Assembly (NCBI GenBank): GCA_976551045.1
Contig: CDPCPM010000011.1
Coordinates: 11,532,001 to 11,596,000, forward strand
Direction of reading: 5' to 3'
DNA from: Glaucostegus cemiculus
Taxonomy: Eukaryota
DNA length: 64,000 bases
The notes beneath the pieces are model-generated. The model worked only from the letters and a program-made list of their open reading frames with translations. It ran no database searches and was not told where the DNA came from. Positions 12,411 through 25,320 of this stretch are shown one piece after another. Positions within the stretch are counted from its first letter, which is position 1; each line of letters starts with the position of its first letter. Made by a program: the position numbers and the translations under genes.

Positions 12411-12666
12411 TCATGTACAGAATGCACTGGTGACTATAGCATGTTGATTCTGTGTCAGAGTTAGCTAAAGGGCCATGAGACGTTTGATAATTTCACTGGA
12501 GGGGTTTCTGAGATGCCAGACCAGCTCATTCTTGATGCTGTACTGCAATCTGTAAGACAGCATTCCTCTTCCAGAAAAAGGTGTAACCACCATCTTGTTC
12601 TCTGAACTGACCATCTCTTGTCCTGACAACTTCTTTCCAATTTTTCTCTCTACAAAGTAGCACCTC

Positions 12667-12775
12667 ACTCCTCACAAGCTTCCTGCAGGAATGGACTTAA
12701 TACACAGGACTAATGTGAAACTCCTCACAAGCTTCCTGCAGGAATGGACTTAATACACAGGACTAATGTGAAACT
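12667..12775. repeat. Perfect 53-bp tandem duplication
   Basis: actcctcacaagcttcctgcaggaatggacttaatacacaggactaatgtgaa twice (12667-12719, 12720-12772) plus a 3-bp 'act' overhang. Confidence 0.97.
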
Positions 12776-13129
12776 TTTCAATCTACGGCACCTAATTCTA
12801 GAATCAAGGTCAACCCAACCCTAATGCTTGAGCTGAAGAATGTAGAAAACACTTGCATTTGTGTATGTCTAGAGACCAAGCTTCAAAGAATTGTCAGCTC
12901 ATTTACTGAAGGATATAAGAGGATGGGGCTTGCATTCAACTTCAGTCTTGGCACAAACCATGGTCTACCAGGCAACAAAATGTCCTGACATCCTATTTGC
13001 TTCTGAGGCATGAACAACCTGCAGTAAACACCTCAAAGTACTGGAAAGATACACCAATGTGTTCTCCACAAAATCTTCTAAATTCAGTGGAAGGATAAAA
13101 GTAAGAGAAGAGTAGTTAACCATAATATT

Positions 13130-14520
13130 AGATTGAAGGAAGCAAATTATAAAATTGCCAAAGTGAGCAAAAATCTTGATGATTGCAAAAAAAAATACAG
13201 AATTCAGGAAAGAAAAATCAAACTATTGATAAGGAATGCAAAAAGAGAACACATGAGTAATCTAATGGGAAACAAAAACAGATTGAAAAACTTGTATTTG
13301 ATACATAGAAGGGAAATAATTAGAATAAATTAATGTGGCTCCCTAATAGGCTGAGACAGGTGAAATTATAGTTGGGGAGAAAGAAATTAACTCAAACACT
13401 TCCTGGAAAGTGTGGGATACAATACTGCTTGACTAAGTGAGGAGTTGAAAGAAATGTGCAATACTTCTTAAAAATGGAGAAATTAAAGGAACAGAATGCT
13501 AATAAATCTCCAGGACCGGATGAAAGGCATGCCAATGGAGATATGGATGCTCTGCCTTCATCTTCCAACATTCCGTATATTCTAGATTGGTTCCCATAGA
13601 CTGGAAGTTAACAAATGAAATCCCACTATTCAAGAGAGGAGGACAACTGAGAACAGAGGACTGCAGCCTAATTAGCCCAGCTTCATTAGTAGGGAAAATG
13701 CTGGAATGTATTATTGACCTGGTAATTGGACACTTGAGAAATAATAATAACAGGACTGGACAGGACAAGACTGGGCAATATGAATTTATGAAAGGTAATC
13801 TTATTTGACAAATCTTTTTTTTGAGTTCTTTGAAGCAGAATCTAGCAGAATAGTTTAGTGAGAACTAGTTGATGTGTATTTTAGATATTTAAATGACTTT
13901 AAGTACCAGGAAAGAGATTATTATACAAAATTATGAGTATATGAGATTAGGACAATACATTGGTACCGATTAAGAATTAGTTGATAGACAGAAAGCAATA
14001 GTAATAAATTGACTACTTTCTGATTGGTAGCTGATGACTTGTGGAGTATTGCAGGGATTAGTGCTGGGGTCCCAACTGTTCACAGTCTACAGTAATGGTT
14101 TGAGTAAGTGGACACACATCATATATTGAGTTTTGCTGGTGATACAGAGGTAGGTGGTAATGAAAGTTGTGGCAAGGATGCAGAGAGGCTTCAGGATAAT
14201 AAGACATGTTGAGTAAATGAGTGAGGACATATGAAGAAAGATTAAGGAAACACCACCCATGCTTCAAAAGATTAGAGAGGATTTCACTTTAACCTGCAAA
14301 TTTCTCATAGGTCTTGGCAGGATGATGTTTCCCTTGATTCAGATGCATTGAACTGAGATGAGAAGAAATTCCTTTATCCAGGGGGTAGTGTGCCTTTCCA
14401 ATTCCCTTCCCAAACAGGATGTGGAGGCTCCATCACTGAGCAAACTCAATGCACAGATTGATGGATTTGTGGATGTTAAGGGAATCAAGGAAAGTGCTGA
14501 AGGGCAGAGAAGGAACTAGA
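13130..14520 (+). mobile_element. Older CR1-type LINE ORF2 remnant
   Basis: ORF 13587-13808 VPIDWKLTNEIPLFKRGG...ISPASLVGKMLECII resembles the CR1 VPEDW..ANV.PLFKKG...PVSLTSVVGK.LE motif. cagggattagtgctggggtcccaactg matches QGSVLGP. Confidence 0.85.
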
Positions 14521-15464
14521 GGCTGAACGCCTCTTTCTGCTGCCATTACTTTTGTTATGACAGTCTCTTTCTTTGATATTGCTTTCTTCTGTATTGAACA
14601 CAGTCCCATTCTCCATGAATAATCTCTGACTACTCCCAATATTTGTCAGTTATCCTGGAATCTCCAAGCCACCCTACTTCCCTTCAGTGGTCTCCATCTG
14701 CCAGCTTTTCCTCAAGTGAACCCACCCAATTTCTTCAACACTTGCATTATATTACAGAAATGCACAGTCACCTCCTCACCTCCCTCCACCCAGTTTTCTG
14801 TCACCAATCAGTCAATCAGTGCACATTGCAAGTTGTTTCTCTGCCATACAGGCTCTAACAATACCTTGCAGTTTTTATCTATTCCTGAACAATTCATATG
14901 TGTGCTTTTAAAAAGATAAATCTCTGTTCCACAAGGCCAATGCTGATTGGAATCAGGGTCTCCTGTTAAATGCAGGACTTGCATTTGTCCAGGGCAGGAC
15001 CTAGGACTGATAATGACCAGACCAAATATTTTCCTGGATTTAGTTAGATAGCAAGCGTTTTCCCATTCATGTCTTGAATCCTCTAAGATCAATACAAACA
15101 AAAGACGATCTTACATATTATGATGGATGGAGCTTTGACTGAACCTAAGGTACTAAAACTGTAGTGTTGTAAATTTCAAGAGTAATTTTAACCACTAAGT
15201 GTACCCAAGACGATAAAATGAGAGCTTATTCCTTGCAACAAATGGTTATCAACTCAAATCTTGGTATTGCAAAGACTGCTAGCGATAAAATGTAACTTTG
15301 AGATCTACTAAGCAATGCATCAGTTTAACTGCCTTGTGACATTGAAGTGGAACCAGGAACTAACTCAGCAGCACAATTTGACATATTTTAAAAAATGACC
15401 GTATGAATATTCAGTTTTTTCTTTAAAAAGGTGGGTTTTTTTTATTTTTATAACTTTAAACATC

Positions 15465-15740
15465 TCACGAGGCACCAATTGATCACTTTGAAGTGAAGTC
15501 ACTGTTACTTTTCAGGCACTTCCAGGAAGTAATTTAGATACAGCAAGGTTTCACAATAACAATGAGGTAAATGACCAGTTAATCCATTTCTGGTGGTATT
15601 GATTGAGGGAAGAATGTTGACCAGATCTCTGTCATGTAACAGTGCTGTGGAATCCTGAATATCCACAAACAACAATTAGATGACAGCTGGAGGTTTAGTG
15701 CAATATTGGATTGAAGGACAACACTTCAGAAAACAGTCCC
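15465..15740 (-). mobile_element. Deu-domain SINE (SacSINE1/AmnSINE1-like) fragment
   Basis: ctttgaagtgaagtcactgtt...acagcaagg...aacaatgaggtaaatgaccagttaatc...gattgaggggaagaatgttgaccaga...agtgctgtggaatc matches the Deu-domain in reverse orientation, recognised from memory of the family. Confidence 0.65.
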
Positions 15741-15982
15741 TGTGTTGGAGAAGGCATGCAGTTATTTGATTGGCTCAAATGCTGGAAAAATGAAGCATGG
15801 AAATACAAATTATAACATATCCCAATTCTTGTGTTTTAAGTTGGTATTTAAACACAATACAAAGCTGAAGTTTTAAGTATGGCCTTGTTCCCTGATCAAA
15901 CTATAAGTTTATTGAATAAAACCATTGTTTATAGATTTAACAGTCCTGACTTGGCAATTATGTATGTTCCCATATCCCTTAT

Positions 15983-16180
15983 GAGCAACAAAAAGAAGTT
16001 GGAGGAACTCAGCGGGTCAGTAGCATCTGTGGAGGGAAATGGACCGTCAATTGTTTTGTGTTGAGATCCTTCATCTTCATCCAGTCCAGATTAAGGGCCT
16101 TGACCCGAAATGTTGAATGTCCACTTCCCTCCACAAATGCTGCCTGACCAGCTGAGTTCCTCCATATTGTTTGTTGCTCC
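15983..16180. mobile_element. Complete Penelope-derived fold-back element (~200 bp palindrome)
   Basis: Left arm agcaaca...ggaggaactcagcgggtcagtagcatctgtggagggaaatggac pairs with right arm gtccacttccctccacaaatgctgcctgaccagctgagttcctcc...tgttgct. The centre holds the decayed hammerhead-like core gattaagggccttgacccgaaa. Confidence 0.85.
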
Positions 16181-16299
16181 AATTCTGCAGTCTCTAGTGA
16201 CTCATTTAAATGTGGTTTATCAAAAGATTATCAATCTTAATATTAAAATTAACAATTGACTTTGCATCAATTGCCTTCTGTAGAAGCAAATTATAAATC

Positions 16300-16780
16300 T
16301 TTACCTCCTCCGTGCATAGAAGGTTTTCCTAACTGTACCCTTGAATTTTTGTGGACAATATACTCCTCAGCTAATAAAAATAGTTTATTTTCACCAACTC
16401 CATCCATTAATATTGCAAAAACTTCAATCAAATAACCTTTTAAATTCTGGGTAGGACAATCCCAGTTTGTATGATCTATCATTCCTCATAATTTAACAAG
16501 AAAACATTCCAATACTCATACTAGACATGCTCCCCATACTGCAAGACTTTGTCCTCTTGTCCTCCAGTCCTCCAGATGTAAAAGCCCAACATTGGTCTTT
16601 TCATTACTTTCTGTACCTGCCTATGATGTTTGAGTGATAAGTATACATGTCCACCACACCACTTGACACTGTTACTGCTCAAATTTAGAACTTGCTCTGT
16701 TTTGTCTTTTTTAGGTTTGAAGGAGATAGCCTCACATTCTCCTCGCTTGAACTCCATTTGTCACAGGTTTGCCAATTTGC
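16300..16780 (-). mobile_element. Decayed CR1-type LINE fragment
   Basis: Minus ORF 16521-16757 MEFKRGECEAISF resembles the CR1 WQMEFN..KCEV.HF motif. Confidence 0.65.
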
Positions 16781-19279
16781 TCGATAAAACTTGCACACTT
16801 TTAACTTCAATCCATGCAGTGCAAAAGTCAGAAGTTAACTTTATTTAGTCTAGATAAGTACAGATATGTTTATCAAATTATTTTGTTTGGTCCATTTGAC
16901 TGACAGCGGCAAAGGACATACTTCTAGCTGATGGCTCACACAGTGTGTTAAACCTTTTTGATAATGAGTTTCAGCATGAATCACACTGATTGTGAGAATT
17001 TGAAAGATATACTGAAAGGAATTTCCAGACTACACTTCCTCGGGGTATATTGCTCTTGAAGAGTAAGATTCCTTCACTCAATCAACTTTAGAAGCCATGC
17101 AGAAATTTTGCATTTATTTCTCTTTTCATGAACTCCCCAACAATAACACATCATTATTTTATGTGGCAAAGTTTATGAAACATTATTACTCCCTTTATTT
17201 ATGTGCACAGCTAAGCTGTTTTTCTTATTTCCAGTTCATAAATGTTCTCAGTCTCTCCTGTGTTTGTAATGTCTGACTTTTTGAAATGAGACGAGGAACT
17301 GCCACTGCCACAAAGGGATAGGGCATTTATGTTGGAATGTTTAAATGTGGAACAGATAGATTAACAAGTGACTGCAAATTTCAACAAATAGCAGTCTGGT
17401 GAAGTGCTTCCATCATCTTAATGCAGAATGATATTCTAATTTGCAAAAAGAGCAGAAAATTAGAACTTTGTCATATTCCAAACATTAACTAATAATTTAT
17501 GTTGAAAATCAGTGCAAGTATTATATCTACTGTTAGATCAACAAATAAATGTTTTCTTGCTTAAGCAGTGTGCAAGAACCCAATCAATCCACCCAACCCA
17601 ATCATCTTCGAATTATTTTCTGATCTCTTTGCTAAGTGGAGTCTCATTATGAGTTAAAATAATGGAAGAGACACAGCAAATCCATTAAATGCATTCAATT
17701 CAAATCAAGCATGCCATCCTGTATATTTCTGGGCCTAGATTTTGACCCACGCTACACGTGTTTAGTATCAAGATTGAATTTGGCACTTTTTCTTTCATTG
17801 ACTATGAATATAGGTCTTTGAAACTAATGCCGTTGAAATGAGCACCCCGTTGCCAGCAATGAGGATTACAGTATGTGAGCAAAACGTGGCCAGTCTGAAA
17901 GTCAATGAAGGGTAATATTCAAGTTTTATTTCCCACTACTCTGCAAGATTGTACGATAGGTCCACCAACATTTTTTCCCTTTGAAAAGATAAATAAGAAG
18001 CTTGTAATTCACATTACCCTTACAAATCTACTGACATGAAAGCAAATAAAAATAGATTTTATCACTTTATAGATATATATGACTTGGAGGGATGGATTTT
18101 TATTTGTTTATTTGGAGAACAGGAAGCCCAGTTATGTGTTGCTGCACTAAATTCCTGCAGGCACCAGCAATAGGAAATGATGTTTATGTTCAAGAATACA
18201 AAGGCATTTTTATAAGAGGCTCCTCTCTAATGTTCCTCATGTTAGTGAGTTATTTAAAGGTCAGGATACTAACAGTTAATGAACTGCAGAAATGGCTCTG
18301 ATAGTCACAAATAAGCAGTGTTTGAGAGTTTATTGTACAGAATCAATGTGCCATGTCATTTAGTGAATGAGATTGAAACCATTTTATTCCAAGGCTGTGA
18401 AGAGCTCTGGGCCCATGAGTGGTCAGATAGTTGGCAAGTCCAATGGTAACCTTGATGGGGACAGGAAGAGGGCTAATACATATAAGGTTTTTATTCCACT
18501 AACGGAATGAACACTCAGGAAAATCAGAAGCAAGGGAAGACATGATATGGGCCAGGTAGATTGGACTGAATTTCTTAAGTTTTGAACCTGATGTTTGAAT
18601 CTGAGTATTTGCAAATACAATAGCCCATTAAATGAAGCCACAAAAAGTTAATCAAAATATGAAAACTATATCAAGGGAAAGAAATAAAAAAACACATCTG
18701 CTTAAATGTTCTGTTGAAATTGTACATGTCGACTACCAATGAGAGTCGGGTTTATCCTTCTCATGAAGCTTTGTGTTGAAGCAGCATTGCTACAGTGACT
18801 GACTTTGAAACTACATTACTGGACACCAAAGCAGAGTATTCTCCATCAGGTGAGGTGATTCTGATGAGGGGAAAAAGAATAGCTCAAACACTGTTTTGTG
18901 CTGAACTAGCTGCTTGTATTGCATACTAGTAGGCTACATATGGCAAACGATTTATCCAGGGTTTTTGTCCCAGACTTTAAAGCAGTGATCTGTGTTTAAA
19001 AAGTACACAAATGGTGATCTGGTCATACTCCACTGTGCTGTCCTAACTTTTGTCAGATTGCTTGCTGACACTCCTCATCCAGCCTAATTATAATTTTTGG
19101 GAAAAACTGACCCTGATTCTGCAGCAAAGTTTAAAACCTTCTTCCAGTATTCTGCAACATTTCATTAATTAAAAAGGACCCTAAAAATGTTAGCAATATC
19201 TAAATTTCATTTGCATCTGTTGGTGAAAGTTGTGTTTGTAGTTACATTTACAGCAATTCCCTCTTATTATTGAACTATT

Positions 19280-19620
19280 AGAACATTAAGGGAGACCATT
19301 TGAACCACTGAGCTCATGTCAGTTGTTTAAAGAACAATCCAGTTAGTCCCATTTCCCAGTTTACACCCAAGCATCCTTTTTCTCTCTTGTACTTACGTAA
19401 TTTCCTTTTGAAAGTCACAATTGAATTTGGATCAGTGCATTCCAGATCATAGGCAGCATCTCGTGATAAGGGTTTTCCAGACCTTTGGTCCTTTTGCCCT
19501 TTCATCTCTGAGCCTGTGTCATGGAGTCATGGAGTCACACAGCCAAAACAGGCCCTTCACCCACCATGTCGATTCTGACCATCAAGTACTTATCTACACT
19601 CCTCCCATTTACCAGCACAA
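19280..19620 (-). mobile_element. CR1 3'-end fragment plus a CR1/HE1-type tail fragment
   Basis: cagtgcattccagatcata and the tandem tail atggagtcatggagtcacacagccaaaacaggcccttc. Confidence 0.55.
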
Positions 19621-20404
19621 TGCCTTTTTGCTGTCACCCCTTCTGCCAATATAACTTTTATGCACTTGGTTTAGTCCCTTTGTTAAATGAAGGCAGCCGA
19701 ATGACATACTTAGTGATGGTGCCCACTGAGCGAGGGTTGTGAAGGTTTGTAAACCATTAATGATCTGTCTGGGTGAGATGTGAATAGAAACAGACCAATG
19801 AAACCAAAGGAAACAGAAGAAATAGAAATTAATGGAAATATGAATTTCAGGCTAGAGGAACAAAACACTGCAGATACTGGAAATAACAGGTACATTCAAA
19901 TTAAAGACAGAAGATGGTGAATGTATCCAACAGGTCAGGTCTTACCTGTGGAGAGACTGAGTTAACATTGCAGGTTCATGTTCTTTCATCAGAACCTGCC
20001 AACACTCATGTTAACGAGAAGGCTGTTTCTTTTTTTTAAAAACTGTTTAATTTAATGTCTAGAATTTAGAATTGTATTCTTTATTGCCTTCCCTCTTTTT
20101 TCCTATAAAAATATATTGCTTTTCACTTCTCTGCATTAAATTTCATCTGCCTTATGAGTCCCTATTTCATCAGCTTGCCGGTGACCTTCTAAAGTCTTCC
20201 TCACTTTTTAATCACATTCAGTTTTTGAGTTATCTGATAATTTTGAAATTTATGCTCTATATATCAAGCCCATCTGTAATATATCTCTAGAAAAGCTATG
20301 GACTTGGCAATAGCTGCAAGGAAACATCACTCTATACTGTCCTGGGTCCAATAAACCACTGTTCAGTGCTCTTCTCTGTTTTCTGGCCCTGAACTAAGTT
20401 TACA

Positions 20405-21690
20405 TTAAGGTTAAGTTTATTGTCATGAACATACATACCCAGGGTATAAGTTAGCTTTTTGCAGCAGCAGCACCGTACATTACAAACATCAGTTAACATC
20501 ATCTTAAATTAAGATGAAGTATACATAATTTACACAATGAAGTAAACATAACAACACCAGTGCAAGTTGAGGAAAAAAAAAGAAATATAGTCCAAAATAG
20601 CGTTAGGGTTTTTCAGGTGGGCTCAAGAACCTAATGGCAGTAGGGAAGAAGCTGTTGTTGAACCTGGAGGTGTGGGTTTCAGGCTCCTGTCCCTCCTGCC
20701 TGATGGTGGGGGTCCTTAATGATGGATGTTGTCTTCTTGAGACATCACCTCTTGTAGGTATCCTCGACAGTGGGGAGAGCTGTAGCTGTGATGGAACTCG
20801 GTGAATGCACCAGTGACTGTATCTGTCACAATGTTGATTGAAGAGCAAGATCACAGAGAACCCAGATGCAGCACACTGGTACAAGACTGGAGTCAGGATA
20901 CTTTCTCAGGACCGGACACAGGCAACACTGGAAGGAAATCTTGCCTTGGAGATCTGAGTAGTAATCCCAACATGAACTGAATCTTCAAGCAGGACTAAAG
21001 AACACAGGACTGCTTTGGAGTAGATCACTCTAAGTAGCTAGGAACCAAACTGAATCTTCAAGGTTGACCAATCCTCTGACAACTAGTGCTAGAGAAACCC
21101 AGGTACTTATGCTAGGGCCCTGATGGGGCTCAGGTGTGTGTCATTGTGCAATCAGTCCAGCATGGAATCCATGTGCTGTACAACGAGGGATCTAAGGAAC
21201 CAAATCAAGGGCCAGTACTCAGAATCATGACAGTATCTTCTTGTGTTCCTGTGCACTGGAATTTCCATACCTGGCTGTGATGTAACCAGATCAAATGCTT
21301 TCACTGTTCATCTACAGAAGTTTGTCAGAGTTATTCAATGACCTGCTGAATCTCCTTAAGCTTCCAAGAAAGTAGAGATGCTGGTGCACCTTCTTCACAG
21401 TGTATCTATGTGCTGGGCCAAGGATAAAGCCTCCAAGGTGTTGACACCCAGGAACTTTCGCCCTTTCCATCGCAGACCCTTCAATGAGGACTGGTGTGTG
21501 TTTGCCTGACTTCTCCTTCCTAAGGTCCACAATCAGTGCCCTAAGTTTTGCCGATGCTGAGCGCAAGGTTGTTGTTATTGACACCACTCAGCCAGCTGAC
21601 CTATCTCAATCTAGCACACCTCCTCATCACTATCCATGCCTCTGCCAACAACTGTGGTGTCATCGGTGAATTTGTAGATGGTGTTGGAGC
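20405..21690 (-). mobile_element. Rex1/Babar LINE (RT C-terminal part plus 3' UTR), interrupted by a solo LTR
   Basis: Minus ORFs: 21312-21587 LIVDLRKEKSGKHTPVLIEGSAMERAK...VKKVHQHLYFLGSLRRF and 20603-20884 TSRFNNSFFPTAIRFL, both Rex1/Babar RT C-terminal motifs. Confidence 0.88.
20824..21232 (-). mobile_element. Solo LTR (Gypsy-like), 409 bp, TSD GTATC
   Basis: TGTCA...TGACA termini. GTATC at 20819-20823 and 21233-21237. About 95% identical to 43419-43827. Strand is inferred from TATA-like and CACCTG motifs and is less certain. Confidence 0.92.
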
Positions 21691-22774
21691 TAATTTCATA
21701 TCCATGTTGCCATGCATTTCAATTTTGTGGACAAACCTATAAGAAGGCAATTTATCAAATACATTTTGAAAATCCATGGACCAGTCATCAACAAAATTTT
21801 CCTCATCAACCCATCTTTACTTCAGCAAAAATTCATCAGATAGTTAAATGCAATTAGCCTTTAGCAGATCCTTTATTAATCCACACTTGTCCATGTGACT
21901 AATAAGTTAGTAGCCAATTATTATTTATGTTCTCTGGCACTAAGTTTACACTGACCAGCCTGTAGTTGCTTGGTTTGTGCTAACATCCTTTGTTCAGATG
22001 TTGCTACAAAAGGAATTAGCTTGAAGAACATTATCTCAAAGTGCATGCTAAAAACAGCTCTTTCATAGTGAGATTTGTATTCAGGGCTCTGATACCTGAC
22101 TTGCTTCTTGGACTGCTCCCTACATTGTGGTTTCCATTGTCTTTTGCATCATTGGAGAGTGGCATTGGGGTCAACTAAAAGTAATGCATTGAGTGCTCAC
22201 CAGAAGTGATATGGTGGTGATGCCCAAGTTACTGAAGCCCTTGAGACTTTAGGCAAGAATAGAAAAGAAGCAATATGTGTCAGCACTTTAAAGAAGTAGT
22301 GTATTTTATAGGAAAACCAAAGCAAACCATGAAAAAATATCAATATTTATATAGTGCAAATACTTGATTTTAATCCAGCCGAAAGCATATCATTTCATAA
22401 TATGGCACTCCCCTGACAAGACTAGACATAAATGTGGTTTAATCAACTACAATTGGGAGATTTTTCTGTATATATATCTTGGATTATGAAACTACACTTA
22501 AATAGGCTTGTCACAATATTTCATGATTTATGTATTTTCAGAACATAGCGTTGCTATCAACATTTGAGTTGTTTGCATGTGTTTGCTCTTCAAATATGAA
22601 TCAGCAGCATTTTTGGCTATAACTATACCATGTATTTCTGCTGGATATACAGTATCTAGATTTGTTATAAGTGTTGATGTTACATTTCTATTTGCTGCAA
22701 AACTGATCATTAATGCTTATGTGGTGAATTCTGTTCCAATCCCTCTTCACCCCTCCAAGATTTATGTTGTTAGT

Positions 22775-23125
22775 GTAGTGAAGTAATATCCAGAGGCTTG
22801 GACCACTGACCAAAGTTAAGAGTTCAAGTCCCACTGCAATAGCAGCAAAATTTAAATTCAAATAATTAAAGAAACATGGAATTTAAAATTTAAGATAGTA
22901 TCGGAAAGAATGACAAGGAAATTGGTGGTTTCCATAAATCTAGTTCATAATATACTTCAGGGAAGAAAATCTACAGTCCTTAACTGGCCTACAAGTGACT
23001 CCTGACCCACCAATGTGGCTCCTGACTGCACTGAAGTACACTAGCAAACTATTCCATTCAGGGAACAAGTAAGGGTTAGACAATAAATGCTGGCCTTGAT
23101 GGTGTTGTCCACAACCCATGAACAA
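22775..23125 (+). mobile_element. Elasmobranch tRNA-derived SINE with a LINE-shared 3' tail
   Basis: B-box gagttcaagtccc and body aatttaaattcaaataatt...cagggaagaaaatctacagtcctta. The tail caataaatgctggccttg is identical to the 3' end of the LINE at 61706-61723 (minus strand). Confidence 0.75.
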
Positions 23126-24867
23126 ATTAGTAACAAGAATTGGTGACCATAAAAATATCTTTTTACACAGTATGCTGACTGGTCCATCATATCCTGGAAT
23201 GGGGGGAATCAGGTTCACAAATTGGTATTGCCACTTTGTGTTGAATAGGTCTTCGTCAGAGATATTGAGAAGGGAGTTTAGGTGGTTGAAACATTTCTCC
23301 AAGAAAAGGAAACTGAACGAAAAAATCATCATGTAGGACGAACCCTCTTGCTGTCCAGCAGCTGGTTACAGATTGATATGACCAGAACCACAGTAAGGCA
23401 CAGCTGTTATTGTTCAACAGTGCCAGGTGCATCACACAGGGAATTCTTGAAAATAAAGACTCACAAGTGATCAGATTGCAAGGCATATGGACATTTTTGT
23501 AAGGAGAGTTTAGGTAACATTTTAAAAAGTTGTTGTTGGAATAAAATATTGCTAATATTGCTAACATGTTACAAATACAAATGTATGTATAATAAAAAGC
23601 AAGGAAATACACATGTACCAAAATCTGTTATTGAATGCACCTTATACCAACCCCTAAGAACTTCTAAATTCTTCTCTGCTTTCATTGTGGGCCAATAGTT
23701 AAGGAGGATCTGGGTAAGTTGTCAGTCCTCTAGCAATTTGTGTATTTAGACTGGATCCAGGAATTGATCTATTCACATTGATTTGGATTTACAAGCAGTT
23801 TTGTTTTAGCATTTCCAGACTTCATAGAACATCAGGAATAAACTTGAACAGTGGGGCAAGGACTATAGACGCCAAATGAATTTGCATTTAATGCACATTC
23901 AGTAACCTAGAGTTCACACTCAAGAAATTGACATTAAGGTAAATTGTATTCATTATTAGGGGCTGCAGGAAAAATCTGGAGAGCTCTGAGAAAGTGCATG
24001 TCAATGTTGCCACTTTTTGTGCTGTCAATATTTAAGGGTAGATTTTCCAAAATTTTGTACATCGTTGAAGTTAATTGGAAACTATTTTTCTACAATTTTT
24101 ACATTTGCTGTAGCTGAATACAAAGACCTAGAAACTCTATCCTTTAGTCTGACTATCAAGCCATTCTACACAAATATCACTGTCAAAATTGTAGGAACAG
24201 TTGGTAATAGAAGGTTACAGTAAAACCAACAATTAAGTTCACACTCATCTTTAAAATGTGGCCATAAGCAATGATTATGTCTCCCAAATCATAGTTCTCT
24301 TACATCAATCTTCATATGCCTGTTGTCTTAAAAGGCTCAACATTCTTTCATTCTACAGTAATGTCCATTAAAGTGAGCAGGCAACACCACTTAGCTACAA
24401 ATGAGTAAGGCTTAAGACATGATTTTCACACACATCGAGGCATCTGTAATGTGGGAACAGTGACGCAGTAGATTTAAAGCTACTGGGTCCATCATTATAC
24501 TTATACTCAAATATTTTTGCCAGAACTATGTTTGAAGTTGTTTGAGTTCTGGCAGGATAGTGAGTGAATGTGTTAAATGGTAATCCTTAATTATCAATTT
24601 CACAGTCTGCAGCTGTAATCATAAAGCTCTAAAATCTCTTCAAACAACTTCAACATGACTTTGTTAAGTTTGCTTCAAAGTGAAAACGGGTAGAAATGTG
24701 TCCTCTGTTATACACACTAAATAAGCACACAGTAATGTTCCGTCTGTTGATTTCCACTTCCAAACTTTAGTTATACTGACTTCAGTGAAACCAAATTTCA
24801 GAAGTAGACTCAACGCACACTTGTTACGATATCTCACATTTAGACCATGCAGCAGAGGATGAGCTTA

Positions 24868-25092
24868 GATGGTGTGGGTTTCCTCCAGGTGTTCTGTTTC
24901 CCTCCCATATTAGAAAGATATGTGAGTTAAATGGCCATTGACCATTATAAATTGCCATTAGTGTCTAGGTAAATTTTTGGGTAGTTTAGATGTGGGAGAA
25001 TAAAATGGGATTAGTAAGAATTAATGTATGCTTGATTGTTGGCGTAGGTGAGTTGTAGAGCCCTTTTCTGTGTTGTATCATGCTATGACTTA
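24868..25092 (+). mobile_element. V-SINE (HE1-like) partial copy with a CR1-type tail
   Basis: gtgggtttcctccaggtgttctgtttccctcccatatt (V-domain) ... tttctgtgttgtatcatgctatgact (CR1-like tail). Confidence 0.75.
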
Positions 25093-25099
25093 AGAACAA

Positions 25100-25320
25100 T
25101 ATGCTCTTCTCTGAACTGTGCTACTCGACCTTAAATTTCCACTGATGGATCATTGCCTGACGGAGGCTCAATCTAAAATCCCATTCAAATGGCTTCACCT
25201 TTGGCCATAGACCAATACCTTAGCACTCCCTCAGTAGTGCACTGAAGTATTAGTTTATGTCTACAAGCCTGTACTTGGATCTGAACTCCTGAAATTCTGA
25301 TTTAAAGGCAGAAAGTGACA
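25100..25320 (-). mobile_element. Deu-domain SINE 5' part
   Basis: tagcactccctcagtagtgcactgaagtattag...tgaactc...ttctgatttaaaggcagaaagtg is the reverse of the head seen at 42820-42925. Confidence 0.55.

Noticed and set aside
12667-12775. CRISPR-like or regularly spaced repeat array
   Set aside because: Only two abutting copies with no spacers, in a vertebrate context.
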